DNA of 64,000 nt from an uncultured virus (IMG/VR IMGVR_UViG_3300005259_000041) (lineage: Duplodnaviria > Heunggongvirae > Uroviricota > Caudoviricetes): IMG/VR virus record IMGVR_UViG_3300005259_000041; one strand, 5' to 3'. This document shows positions 48,932-57,149 of this stretch, in pieces. Position 1 is the stretch's first letter; each line of letters begins with the position of its first letter. The notes beneath the pieces are model-generated. The model saw only the letters and a list, made by a program, of their open reading frames with translations. It did not search any database and was not told where the DNA came from. The position numbers and the translations under genes were made by a program.

Positions 48932-50800
48932 ATGAACAAGTCAGATTTATCTCGAAAAATCCTGTCGGACATCACGGTATACTCGAAGTATGCCAAGTTT
49001 GTGCCAAAACTAAAACGTAGGGAAACGTGGGATGAGATTGTAACGCGTAACATGGAAATGCACATAAGGAAGTTTCCTAAGCTAAAAGCTGAAATTGAAG
49101 AGGCTTTTAAATTAGTCTACGATAAGAAGGTCGTGCCGTCGATGCGGTCAATGCAGTTTGCTGGGAAGCCCATAGAGCTGTCCCCGAATCGCGGCTACAA
49201 TTGCTCTTTCGTAGCTATTGATGATTTTCACGCTTTTTCGGAAACTATGTTCCTGTTGTTGGGCGGTTCAGGGGTGGGCTTTAGTGTGCAGAGGCACCAC
49301 GTTGAGAAGTTGCCGCTCATTCACAAGCCGGTGAAGAGCCGTCGTTTCTTAGTGGGAGACTCCATTGAGGGATGGGCAGATGCAGTAAAAGCTTTGTTCC
49401 GAGCCTACATGTGCGGGAAAACCCTACCCGAGTTTGATTTCAGGGATATTAGACCCAAGGGAGCCAGGCTTGTTACGTCTGGCGGTAAGGCCCCTGGGCC
49501 AGAGCCACTAAAAGACTGCCTGCACAATATCCAGAAGATTTTAGATAGAAAGGAAAGCGGCTCCAAGTTAACCACCCTAGAGTGCCATGACATTATGTGC
49601 TATATCGCAGATGCCGTGTTGGCGGGTGGCATCCGCCGCGCCGCCATGATTAGTCTGTTCTCTTTTGACGATGAAGATATGTTGACTTGTAAATATGGCA
49701 ATTGGTATGAATTGAATCCCCAGCGGGCGAGGGCCAATAACTCAGTGGTTATCCTGCGTCATCGGATCAAAGAGAAGGAATTTAAGCAGCTTTGGAAAAA
49801 GGTACAGATGTCCAAGAGCGGCGAGCCCGGTATCTTTTTTACAAACAATAAAGAAATGGGCATTAATCCGTGCTCAGAAATTTCTCTCAAGTCGGCACAG
49901 ATGTGTAATCTGACAGAGGTCAATGTGTCCGATGTCCACGACCAAAAGGAACTGGAAGAGCGCTGCCGTGTTGCTGCTTTTATTGGCACACTGCAGGCGA
50001 GCTATACGGAATTTCATTACCTTAGAGATATTTGGCAAAAGAACTGCGAGAAGGATGCGCTGCTTGGTGTGGGCATGACGGGCATTTGCTCCGGCGGGGT
50101 GTTGAATCTCAATCTAGAGTCGGCTGCCAATATATGCGTCAAAGAGAATGAGCGAATCGCAGCTCTCCTTGGCATTAATAAGGCTGCTCGTGTTACCTGT
50201 GTAAAGCCTAGTGGCACTACTAGTTTGGTGTTTGGCTGTTCATCTGGAATTCATGAGTGGCATGATGAATACTATATTCGGAGAATGCGTATTGGCAAAA
50301 ACGAAGAGCTATATAAGTATCTAAGTGAAAATTGTCCCGATATTCTGGAAGATGATTTTTTCAAGCCGACTATTCAGGCGGTGATTAGTGTTCCGCAAAA
50401 AGCTCCTGAGGGGGCCATTCTTAGGAAACAAAGTGACCCGATTAAGCTCTTAGAACGAGTTAAGAAATTCTCTCAAGAGTGGATTATGCCAGGACACAAT
50501 GACGGTGACAATAGACATAATGTTTCAGTTACGGTGAGCGTGAAGGACGATGAGTATCAAATTACTGGTGAGTGGTTATGGAAAAACAGGGACCACTATA
50601 CCGGTATTACAGTGTTGCCCCTTGATGACCATTCGTATATGCAGATGCCCTTTGAGTCTTGCACGGAAGAGGTGTATGAGAAAATGCTGCGCAAGGTCAG
50701 GGACATTGATTTGTCTAAGGTTGTTGAGATAGACGACCACACCACGCTAACGGAGCAAGCAGCGTGTGCTGGAGGGGCGTGTACGATTACAAGGGTCTAA
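48932..50800 (+). CDS. nrdJ: class II (AdoCbl-dependent) ribonucleotide reductase
   Basis: RRETW, PSMR, YNC, GGSGVGF, GGIRRAA.I, GEPG, NPCSEI, CNLTE, VKPSGT.S, C-terminal CAGGAC. Confidence 0.93.
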   Translation: MNKSDLSRKILSDITVYSKYAKFVPKLKRRETWDEIVTRNMEMHIRKFPKLKAEIEEAFKLVYDKKVVPSMRSMQFAGKPIELSPNRGYNCSFVAIDDFHAFSETMFLLLGGSGVGFSVQRHHVEKLPLIHKPVKSRRFLVGDSIEGWADAVKALFRAYMCGKTLPEFDFRDIRPKGARLVTSGGKAPGPEPLKDCLHNIQKILDRKESGSKLTTLECHDIMCYIADAVLAGGIRRAAMISLFSFDDEDMLTCKYGNWYELNPQRARANNSVVILRHRIKEKEFKQLWKKVQMSKSGEPGIFFTNNKEMGINPCSEISLKSAQMCNLTEVNVSDVHDQKELEERCRVAAFIGTLQASYTEFHYLRDIWQKNCEKDALLGVGMTGICSGGVLNLNLESAANICVKENERIAALLGINKAARVTCVKPSGTTSLVFGCSSGIHEWHDEYYIRRMRIGKNEELYKYLSENCPDILEDDFFKPTIQAVISVPQKAPEGAILRKQSDPIKLLERVKKFSQEWIMPGHNDGDNRHNVSVTVSVKDDEYQITGEWLWKNRDHYTGITVLPLDDHSYMQMPFESCTEEVYEKMLRKVRDIDLSKVVEIDDHTTLTEQAACAGGACTITRV

Positions 50801-50801
50801 T

Positions 50802-50830
50802 TTGAAAAAAGACGCATACGGAGTTATATT
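50802..50830 (+). promoter_or_regulatory. sigma70-like promoter TTGAAA-N17-TATATT
   Basis: TTGAAA at 50802-50807, TATATT at 50825-50830; AAGGAG RBS follows. Confidence 0.6.
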
Positions 50831-50847
50831 TACATAAGGAGAGTCAA

Positions 50848-51012
50848 ATGACGAGAGATCAGGTGAAATGTTCTTATTGTGGTGGGGACACCAAGTTTGT
50901 GAGGAAATACGAAACAGTCTATATTTTCCAGTGTACTGCCTGTCGCAGGAAAACTCAGATTATGTCAGAGCTTATTAGAGAGGTGGAGAAGAAAAAGAAT
51001 GAGAGGAAATAA
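50848..51012 (+). CDS. small zinc-ribbon protein (54 aa, absent from ORF track)
   Basis: MTRDQVKCSYCGG...FQCTACRRK...; AAGGAG RBS. Confidence 0.7.
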   Translation: MTRDQVKCSYCGGDTKFVRKYETVYIFQCTACRRKTQIMSELIREVEKKKNERK

Positions 51013-51505
51013 CTCTAGCTTTATTAGGCTTAGTGAGGCCACCAAGTCATTGGTAATCGTACCAGACACGGAACGCACCTATATCTCACACTACGTGAAT
51101 ATCGACGGGAAGAACCAGAAGCGCAATTGCCATGCCAACGGCACCTGTCCCTATTGTCAAGATGGGAAGCAGACGTTTAAGGGGGTATATGCTATTGCTT
51201 TAGCAGAGGGTGGGCAGTTGGGCTTTATTGATTTAAAGCCCGGTTTGATTAAGCAGTTGAGCTTCGCTGCGAAAAAAGAGGGGCTCACCCTTTCGGTTTT
51301 TCTCAATAAGAGGCTGTTGGGGCTTAGTCGAGAAATCAAAGACAACTATACTGAGTATCAAATCGACAGCACCCCTCTTTCAGATGCAGACCACGACGCC
51401 TTAATGCGTTCCATCTACGAGGGTAAGAATAGCGATGTGATGATGAAGCTTATGGAGAAGATGGAGACGCTGGTCGCTCCTGGCTCGGCTGGGGAAGATG
51501 GCTGA
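50999..51505 (+). CDS. putative T4 gp32-like ssDNA-binding protein (compact)
   Basis: F.RL...HY...C....CPYC (His/Cys3 zinc set as in gp32); located in the replication region. Confidence 0.5.
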   Translation: MRGNNSSFIRLSEATKSLVIVPDTERTYISHYVNIDGKNQKRNCHANGTCPYCQDGKQTFKGVYAIALAEGGQLGFIDLKPGLIKQLSFAAKKEGLTLSVFLNKRLLGLSREIKDNYTEYQIDSTPLSDADHDALMRSIYEGKNSDVMMKLMEKMETLVAPGSAGEDG

Positions 51506-51677
51506 CACGACAGTTAAGATAAAAACAGAAGACCTGACCAAGCTATATGATATCGTAGTTAAATATCAGGACTTTTTCATCGCTTTGGCCAAGATAAGTG
51601 GCCTGGAGCAAGTGCAAGACTTTAATACGGCTGCTAGAATTATCAACGAAATACTAGAGCAAGCAGACAGTCAATAA
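51498..51677 (+). CDS. hypothetical protein (59 aa, absent from ORF track)
   Basis: MADTTVKIKTEDL...EQADSQ*; overlaps the previous stop and is followed by a hairpin. Confidence 0.55.
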   Translation: MADTTVKIKTEDLTKLYDIVVKYQDFFIALAKISGLEQVQDFNTAARIINEILEQADSQ

Positions 51678-51697
51678 AAATAAGGTTATTGTTTAAT

Positions 51698-51724
51698 GGG
51701 CCACCCATCACTGGGTGGCCCTTC
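51698..51724 (+). terminator. GC-rich hairpin, probable terminator
   Basis: GGGCCACCCA-TCAC-TGGGTGGCCC; weak U-tract. Confidence 0.6.
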
Positions 51725-51734
51725 CTATTAATAA
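51725..51734 (+). promoter_or_regulatory. putative late promoter CTATTAATAA
   Basis: 34 nt before ATG 51759 (GGAGGTG RBS). Confidence 0.55.
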
Positions 51735-51758
51735 TTGTTAATGTATCGGAGGTGCTCC

Positions 51759-52046
51759 ATGCCATGTGGTGGTTGCGGTGGTTATCGTAAAGTAGAAAAG
51801 CCGGCTGTCCAACAGTCCGCAGTTGCATCTGTCCCCCCTCCGCCCCCTCCACCCCCACCGGTAGCCGTATCTTCGGCTCCCGTCTCGGCCCCATTGCCTC
51901 CCCCGCCACCCAAAAAGGTTGTGGTGTTGGCAGTTTCTTCCACCCCCTCTAAGCCGGTGGATGCTGGGGAAGCGGTGACCGAGTTAATTAAGAAAAAGAG
52001 AGAGGCTCTTTTGGCTCTCAGGCGAAGCCAGCAAAGACAGTATTAA
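51759..52046 (+). CDS. small protein with N-terminal CGGC and poly-proline tracts
   Basis: MPCGGCGGY...P9...P6...basic helix; GGAGGTG RBS. Confidence 0.65.
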   Translation: MPCGGCGGYRKVEKPAVQQSAVASVPPPPPPPPPVAVSSAPVSAPLPPPPPKKVVVLAVSSTPSKPVDAGEAVTELIKKKREALLALRRSQQRQY

Positions 52047-52055
52047 GGAGAGAAA

Positions 52056-52325
52056 ATGCCGAGTTGTTGTTCTACTGGTTGCAGTTCAGGTTGTAGCTCC
52101 AATACCTCAGAGTTGCTCAAAGTTCCATTCGATGTGTTCGCTCTAACCCCAGAATACTTTCAGCCTAAACTCTACAAACAAAAGCAGTTTAATATGTTAA
52201 GTGATACTGGGCGTAAGCTATATATGGACAATATTGTGACCTTTAACTCTCTATGTCGAGAGGCTGAGCGCTTAGATTTGCTAATAGATGAGTCAGCGCC
52301 GTGGTCTGATGACGAAAAAGGCTGA
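52056..52325 (+). CDS. small protein with Cys/Ser-rich N-terminus
   Basis: MPSCCSTGCSSGCSS; AAGGAG RBS. Confidence 0.65.
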   Translation: MPSCCSTGCSSGCSSNTSELLKVPFDVFALTPEYFQPKLYKQKQFNMLSDTGRKLYMDNIVTFNSLCREAERLDLLIDESAPWSDDEKG

Positions 52326-52614
52326 GGTTATAGCTATTCTAAAACTGAGCGGTGATAACGTGATAGAGGTTGTCCGTAAAAAGCTTCCCCCTAAAAAAAT
52401 GGGAGAAACTGGGCCAGTCGAATTGTCAGCGGAGTATAAAATTTTTATATCATCTGAACAAACCGCTGAGGAGCAAACGATTACGATTATACATGAATTA
52501 TTGCATATAGTAGAGAGTATGGCGGGGGACGGGACTAGCCTATCTGACCCCGAGGACTATGATGTTTTATCTTATTATATTTACGGTCTTTGCTCGGGAA
52601 AGATTAAATTTTGA
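52309..52614 (+). CDS. small HExxH zinc metallopeptidase-like protein
   Basis: I.I......EEQ..TIIHELLH motif. Confidence 0.55.
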   Translation: MTKKAEVIAILKLSGDNVIEVVRKKLPPKKMGETGPVELSAEYKIFISSEQTAEEQTITIIHELLHIVESMAGDGTSLSDPEDYDVLSYYIYGLCSGKIKF

Positions 52615-52645
52615 AAGCCACGAGGGTTGCATTGGAGATTAAAAG

Positions 52646-53197
52646 ATGCATGTGATTGACGAGACAGGAAACAGGTACGGGAAATTAGTCGTCTTAGCCC
52701 GTGCCAACTCTCCACGTGGACATCAAAAGGCAGCTCATTGGACATGTTGTTGCGATTGCGGCACTCTCACGTCGGTGTGTGGTACAAGCCTAAGAAATGG
52801 AAACACGCGTAGCTGTGGATGCCTGCGCGTAGAGGTTAGACTATTGCCAGACGGAGAAGCTGCCTTCAATTCCCTATTCGAGAGTTATAAGTTGGGTGCC
52901 AAAAAACGGGGGCTCGATTGGCAGCTTACTGCGCCGCAATTTAGAGATTTAATTACTAAATCTTGTTATTATTGTAATATGGAGCCGTCCCAAATTTATC
53001 ACAAATCTGGTGGAAATAGCTCTTTTACATACAATGGCGTTGACAGGGTAGACCCTTCGGTGGGTTATATCAAAGACAACGTGGTGTCCTGTTGTTCCAA
53101 ATGCAACTTTGCTAAGCGTCAAATGTCAAAGAAAGAATTTGCAACATGGGTTATGAAAATATATGATCATTGGGCGTGTAGCCTGAAGGAGAATTGA
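52646..53197 (+). CDS. free-standing HNH (homing) endonuclease
   Basis: G.RYGKL.V...W.C.CDCG...L..G.T.SCGC N-terminal module; CYYC...GVDRVD...GY..DNVV.CC..CN.AK. Confidence 0.85.
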   Translation: MHVIDETGNRYGKLVVLARANSPRGHQKAAHWTCCCDCGTLTSVCGTSLRNGNTRSCGCLRVEVRLLPDGEAAFNSLFESYKLGAKKRGLDWQLTAPQFRDLITKSCYYCNMEPSQIYHKSGGNSSFTYNGVDRVDPSVGYIKDNVVSCCSKCNFAKRQMSKKEFATWVMKIYDHWACSLKEN

Positions 53198-53199
53198 TA

Positions 53200-53451
53200 A
53201 TGAAACCTGCTGAAAGGAATTTTGTGGTAAGGCTGTTTTTCAACAATGGGTCTCATGAGCAGGTTAAATATGAGAACCAGGCTGAGGCGCAAGCCGCCTA
53301 CGATGCTATTTCTGCTGCCGTCGAGAATAGAAACTATACAGGCGAACTTACGCTGCATGATGGAACGAAGTGCAGCTTCCGCGTCGGCCGCCTAGTATAT
53401 TGGAAGGTTTTTAGGTACACAGAGCCATCTAAAGAAGAGCGCGGTAGATAA
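53200..53451 (+). CDS. hypothetical protein
   Basis: AAGGAG RBS; short ORF in phase with the operon. Confidence 0.55.
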   Translation: MKPAERNFVVRLFFNNGSHEQVKYENQAEAQAAYDAISAAVENRNYTGELTLHDGTKCSFRVGRLVYWKVFRYTEPSKEERGR

Positions 53452-53471
53452 ATATCACTTACAATTTAAAC

Positions 53472-53508
53472 TCAAGAGCCCAGGAAGACCTGGGCCTTCT
53501 TGATTTTT
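53472..53508 (+). terminator. rho-independent terminator
   Basis: TCAAGA-GCCCAGG-AAGA-CCTGGGC-CT-TCTTGA followed by TTTTT. Confidence 0.7.
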
Positions 53509-53528
53509 GCTGCCAGCTGGGTTATATT
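53500..53528 (+). promoter_or_regulatory. sigma70-like promoter TTGATT-N17-TATATT
   Basis: TTGATT at 53500-53505, TATATT at 53523-53528. Confidence 0.55.
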
Positions 53529-53543
53529 AGGTCTGGGGGCAGA

Positions 53544-53837
53544 ATGATTGTGAAAATTTCTCATTTACGAGATGAAGTGCCTATGGCGTTGAGATATACG
53601 GCCAATGTGATTGTGGCTTTCCGCAAAGACGGCGCCTCCATGATTACTAAAAATAGATTTTTGCCCCCAGAAATACAATATGTCCCAATGTCCATTCAGA
53701 GGAGATGGTTTTTGCAGTCTCTTAAAATCAAAGATAGAGTACAGGACGAGCTAGCAGCAGACAGTCTTCCTCGATTGAACAAGCTGGGTATTTGGGCTCG
53801 TGTGTCCCAGAAAGAGATTGACTTTTATAGGTTTTAA
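53544..53837 (+). CDS. hypothetical protein
   Basis: 97-aa ORF after a promoter-like element. Confidence 0.55.
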   Translation: MIVKISHLRDEVPMALRYTANVIVAFRKDGASMITKNRFLPPEIQYVPMSIQRRWFLQSLKIKDRVQDELAADSLPRLNKLGIWARVSQKEIDFYRF

Positions 53838-53846
53838 GATTATATT
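53818..53846 (+). promoter_or_regulatory. sigma70-like promoter TTGACT-N17-TATATT
   Basis: TTGACT at 53818-53823, TATATT at 53841-53846. Confidence 0.7.
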
Positions 53847-53887
53847 AATGGTGAGAGCGCAAAAGCGCAGATAGGAAGGAGAGAAGG

Positions 53888-54271
53888 ATGAATAAAAGTA
53901 AGAACAAGATGACAACCAGTTCTACGCCGCCCAAGAAGCTGACAGTAAAGAAGGATTCTCTGTCTCGTCAGATTGAGAACGTTCTGACGGCTAATGTCGG
54001 CTGCCGTAGTAACGATGTACTGCTTTACACCACCCTGCTTAACCGGTATTTCGGGGTGGAGATTGCAGACGACCGCCTTATGCTTGACCTTAACGTCGCT
54101 AAGGTGGGCGGCTATCCTCCCCTGGAATCTGTGTCCCGCATTCGCCGGGCCTTCCAGGCCAAGGGCTGGTTCCACTCCACTACCCGCCGCGAGCAGTTTG
54201 TTAGGGCAACCAAAGTACGGAAGGGCTCGATTTCTAAGGTGGCTCTCAAGCGCCTTAGCAAGTCGAAGTAA
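53888..54271 (+). CDS. basic hypothetical protein (possible DNA-binding)
   Basis: K/R-rich; D..LY...P..ESVSRIRR.FQ segment; AAGGAG RBS. Confidence 0.6.
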   Translation: MNKSKNKMTTSSTPPKKLTVKKDSLSRQIENVLTANVGCRSNDVLLYTTLLNRYFGVEIADDRLMLDLNVAKVGGYPPLESVSRIRRAFQAKGWFHSTTRREQFVRATKVRKGSISKVALKRLSKSK

Positions 54272-54285
54272 TGGGAGGTGATATT

Positions 54286-54540
54286 ATGAGCGCTGACGTC
54301 AAGGTTGCAGAGATTCGGGGCCTTAAGGTTAAGAAGGTTCTGACCTCAAAGAAGAAGTTGGAAATTACGTTTGAAGGCAAGGTGGACGAGGTTAGTGCAG
54401 TGGGAAAGACGATCGACGAGGCCGTTAAAGAGGCCAACAAGGCATCCCTCATGGAGCTTTGTACATCTATCAGTATCTCGGTTATGCCAGATTCTGGAGA
54501 GACTGACGAAAAGAGTGATGGCGGAAAGAAAGAGAAGTAA
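54286..54540 (+). CDS. hypothetical protein
   Basis: GGAGGTG RBS before ATG 54286. Confidence 0.6.
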   Translation: MSADVKVAEIRGLKVKKVLTSKKKLEITFEGKVDEVSAVGKTIDEAVKEANKASLMELCTSISISVMPDSGETDEKSDGGKKEK

Positions 54541-54559
54541 GGCCGCGTAGATTGTCTAA

Positions 54560-54594
54560 GCCGCCCTCTCCTCCCCGGGGAGGGCGGCATTTTT
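54560..54594 (+). terminator. rho-independent terminator
   Basis: GCCGCCCTCTCC-TCCCC-GGGGAGGGCGGC followed by ATTTTT. Confidence 0.75.
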
Positions 54595-54610
54595 ATATGG
54601 AGGGAACCAA

Positions 54611-55156
54611 ATGAAGCTTAATTACACCCAGTGCCGTCCATACGATGGCTATTTTAATGTTGGTAAGCCTAAGGGTGATGCCGCTGTGGATTTAAGGGCG
54701 CTAGAAATTCATGCTTTAGATATGAGGGGCTACCTACCTGTCATAAATAAAATGGGCGTACAGACTGGCGATTGGCAAGAGTTAGGCGCTGATTATATTC
54801 CAGGTTATGGTGAGCATGGTTTGGTATGGGAATTAAAGCCCAACACAATGCATAAAATTTATACTGGCGTAAACATCCACTTGGGCGAGGGGTATGAGGG
54901 CAAGATTAGCCTACGCTCCTCCAGCGGTCTTTTGGGGTTAGTTATGCCCAATGCACCGGGGTTAATCGACTCCCATTATACTGGAGAACTTATCGTGCCA
55001 GTGCTGAATCCAATGCCGTATAGCATTTATATCGCTCCTGGCGGGAGATTTGCGCAATTGAGCGTATTGACTTTTGAACCGGCAGAGCTTATATTGGTTA
55101 CGGAGCTAGCAGAGACGGAGCGAGGCAGTAAGGGCTTCGGTTCTACTGGTGCCTAG
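54611..55156 (+). CDS. dut: trimeric dUTPase
   Basis: AAVDL, RSS, GLIDSHYTGE, RFAQL, TERG.KGFGSTG. Confidence 0.9.
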   Translation: MKLNYTQCRPYDGYFNVGKPKGDAAVDLRALEIHALDMRGYLPVINKMGVQTGDWQELGADYIPGYGEHGLVWELKPNTMHKIYTGVNIHLGEGYEGKISLRSSSGLLGLVMPNAPGLIDSHYTGELIVPVLNPMPYSIYIAPGGRFAQLSVLTFEPAELILVTELAETERGSKGFGSTGA

Positions 55157-55172
55157 GAAGAGAGGGTGATAA

Positions 55173-56492
55173 GTGGCGACAATCAACGTGATTAAGCTGA
55201 AAGATAAGCCGGTAGTCGTTCATTATCAAGCATTTGAAAAATGCTTTAGAATGCAGTATATTTTGCCTCATGCTGGGGCGGCCCACGAAGAAATTCCTGG
55301 CCTTGCCCATGCGACTGAACATATGTTGGTCTTTAACGCTTTGGGTGACCATAACGCTGCTAATGAAGCCGCTGCTAGCGTTGGGGTCAATATCAATGCT
55401 TTCACTGGTTTTGCCATGGCGGGGCTGGACGCCTCTGGAGTTGTCTCTAGAAAAGCTCTAGATGAGGTCGCCCGTCAGTGGTCGGCCCAGCTTGTGTCTG
55501 AACGCTTTACGCGGGAGAGCTGGAATTGCGAAAGGGAAGTGATTAGGGCAGAGGCCCTGGATGCCGATAACACGGCAGCATTTATTGACGTGTTCATGCG
55601 TGCAGCGACACGCACCACTCCTCGCTATAGAGACGGGGTTATGATTGGGACTGATTTTCTTGATGATATTACAGTGGCTGATCTCCGTAAGGCCCACAAG
55701 CAGTGGCGCACTTGGGGCGACCAGAGCTTTGTCTTAATCGTGGGTGACATCACCCAGGAAGACGCTATTTATTTTATGAATAAAATGGATTTTGGTAGTT
55801 ATGATAAAACCATTCGGATGACCCTAGACCGGTCTAGAGACAAAGCCTATGACCAGAAAACATCCACGTGGCAGCTTGGCAATTACACGCTGTCTGGTGT
55901 GGAGGCACGTAGGCATCACTTCCTCGATGCCACTGGGCCTATGATTGGAACTCAGGCTTGGTATGATATGCTTGCCATCGGCGGAATGTTCTTTACTGGT
56001 GGGAACTCGAAGGCCCACAAAGTATTGCGTGGCGATCATGGCATTTGCTATGATTGTAGCGGATTGATTTCTAGGGTGGATGGCGGTGTGGTCCTGGGTA
56101 TTGAATATGCCATGGAAAAGAATGCTGCGGTTGGAGCGAAAGACCACGCGCTGCTTTCCAAGATTATTAAACAGGCGCCCCAGGACGTTACCCCAGAGGC
56201 AGTTAAAATGGTGGCGATGAACATGAAAACCAATTACTGCTTGGCTCACAACAGCATTGAGGACGTGGTTAATATTCTGGGTGATGAACTCACCATGATG
56301 GCCTATGAAACCACGCCAGCCCAATTTCAACACAACGCCAAGCTTTTGACTCTTGACAATCGGCTGGCCATGCTGGACGGCCTTAATGTTAACAGGCTAA
56401 AAAGTCTCGCTAACAGGTTCTCCAAAAGCAAATACACTGTGCATTATTTTACCGAAAAATGCGAGCCAGCCAAGAAAGGAAAAAAGCGATGA
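55173..56492 (+). CDS. M16 (insulinase/pitrilysin-like) zinc peptidase
   Basis: E.PGLAHATEHM (HxxEH), NAFT, EREVI..E, ..VGD, LR...G.CY. Confidence 0.82.
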   Translation: MATINVIKLKDKPVVVHYQAFEKCFRMQYILPHAGAAHEEIPGLAHATEHMLVFNALGDHNAANEAAASVGVNINAFTGFAMAGLDASGVVSRKALDEVARQWSAQLVSERFTRESWNCEREVIRAEALDADNTAAFIDVFMRAATRTTPRYRDGVMIGTDFLDDITVADLRKAHKQWRTWGDQSFVLIVGDITQEDAIYFMNKMDFGSYDKTIRMTLDRSRDKAYDQKTSTWQLGNYTLSGVEARRHHFLDATGPMIGTQAWYDMLAIGGMFFTGGNSKAHKVLRGDHGICYDCSGLISRVDGGVVLGIEYAMEKNAAVGAKDHALLSKIIKQAPQDVTPEAVKMVAMNMKTNYCLAHNSIEDVVNILGDELTMMAYETTPAQFQHNAKLLTLDNRLAMLDGLNVNRLKSLANRFSKSKYTVHYFTEKCEPAKKGKKR

Positions 56493-57139
56493 ATGTCATC
56501 GGAATTTCTGGTAAAGCAAGAAGTGGTAAGGACACGACGGCTAATTTTTTGAGAGACAAATATGGCTTTGTCGTTGTTCATTTTGCTGATGCTTTGTACA
56601 AAGAGGCACAGGAAGTATATAAGTATTGCACTCCTGTTGACGGTGACCATAACATTGAGGAATATACTGGGGTGAGGTTAGAAAACGGCGACGTGGTTCC
56701 CGTCCCGGCCTCATTTCACTCTTCGCTGTTGCGGGAAGGCATGAAGCAGAAAGATGGGAATTTTCTACAGTGGTGGGGAACCATTAGGCGCAACCATTTC
56801 AACAGGGACTATTGGGTAGAGCGTGTCGAAGACACCCTCGCTAATTTGGAAGCGGAAGGGGTTCAGAACGTTGTTGTGGCCGACGTGCGACTTCTCAACG
56901 AGGCTAATTTTATTAAGGGTGTCGGGGGACAGCTGCTTAGAGTCATGAGATATGGCCCCGATGGCGCTATGTTTATTGACCCGAGCCGCGATCCAAAACA
57001 TGAGTCCGAGGTTGAGCTAGACGACTATCAGGATTTTGATGCAATTCTAATTAACCTACATGATATTCAGTTTTTGTGCGACAGTGCGGAGGAGCTGTTG
57101 TTTAAGCTACTTCCTGACATGACATGTAGCTTATCTTAA
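56489..57139 (+). CDS. deoxynucleoside monophosphate kinase (T4 gp1-like)
   Basis: IGISGKARSGKDT, FADAL, LQWWG...R, W, VVADVR..NEA, H.SE. Start set at ATG 56489 (ATGA overlap). Confidence 0.88.
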   Translation: MNVIGISGKARSGKDTTANFLRDKYGFVVVHFADALYKEAQEVYKYCTPVDGDHNIEEYTGVRLENGDVVPVPASFHSSLLREGMKQKDGNFLQWWGTIRRNHFNRDYWVERVEDTLANLEAEGVQNVVVADVRLLNEANFIKGVGGQLLRVMRYGPDGAMFIDPSRDPKHESEVELDDYQDFDAILINLHDIQFLCDSAEELLFKLLPDMTCSLS

Positions 57140-57149
57140 GGAGAGAGAT

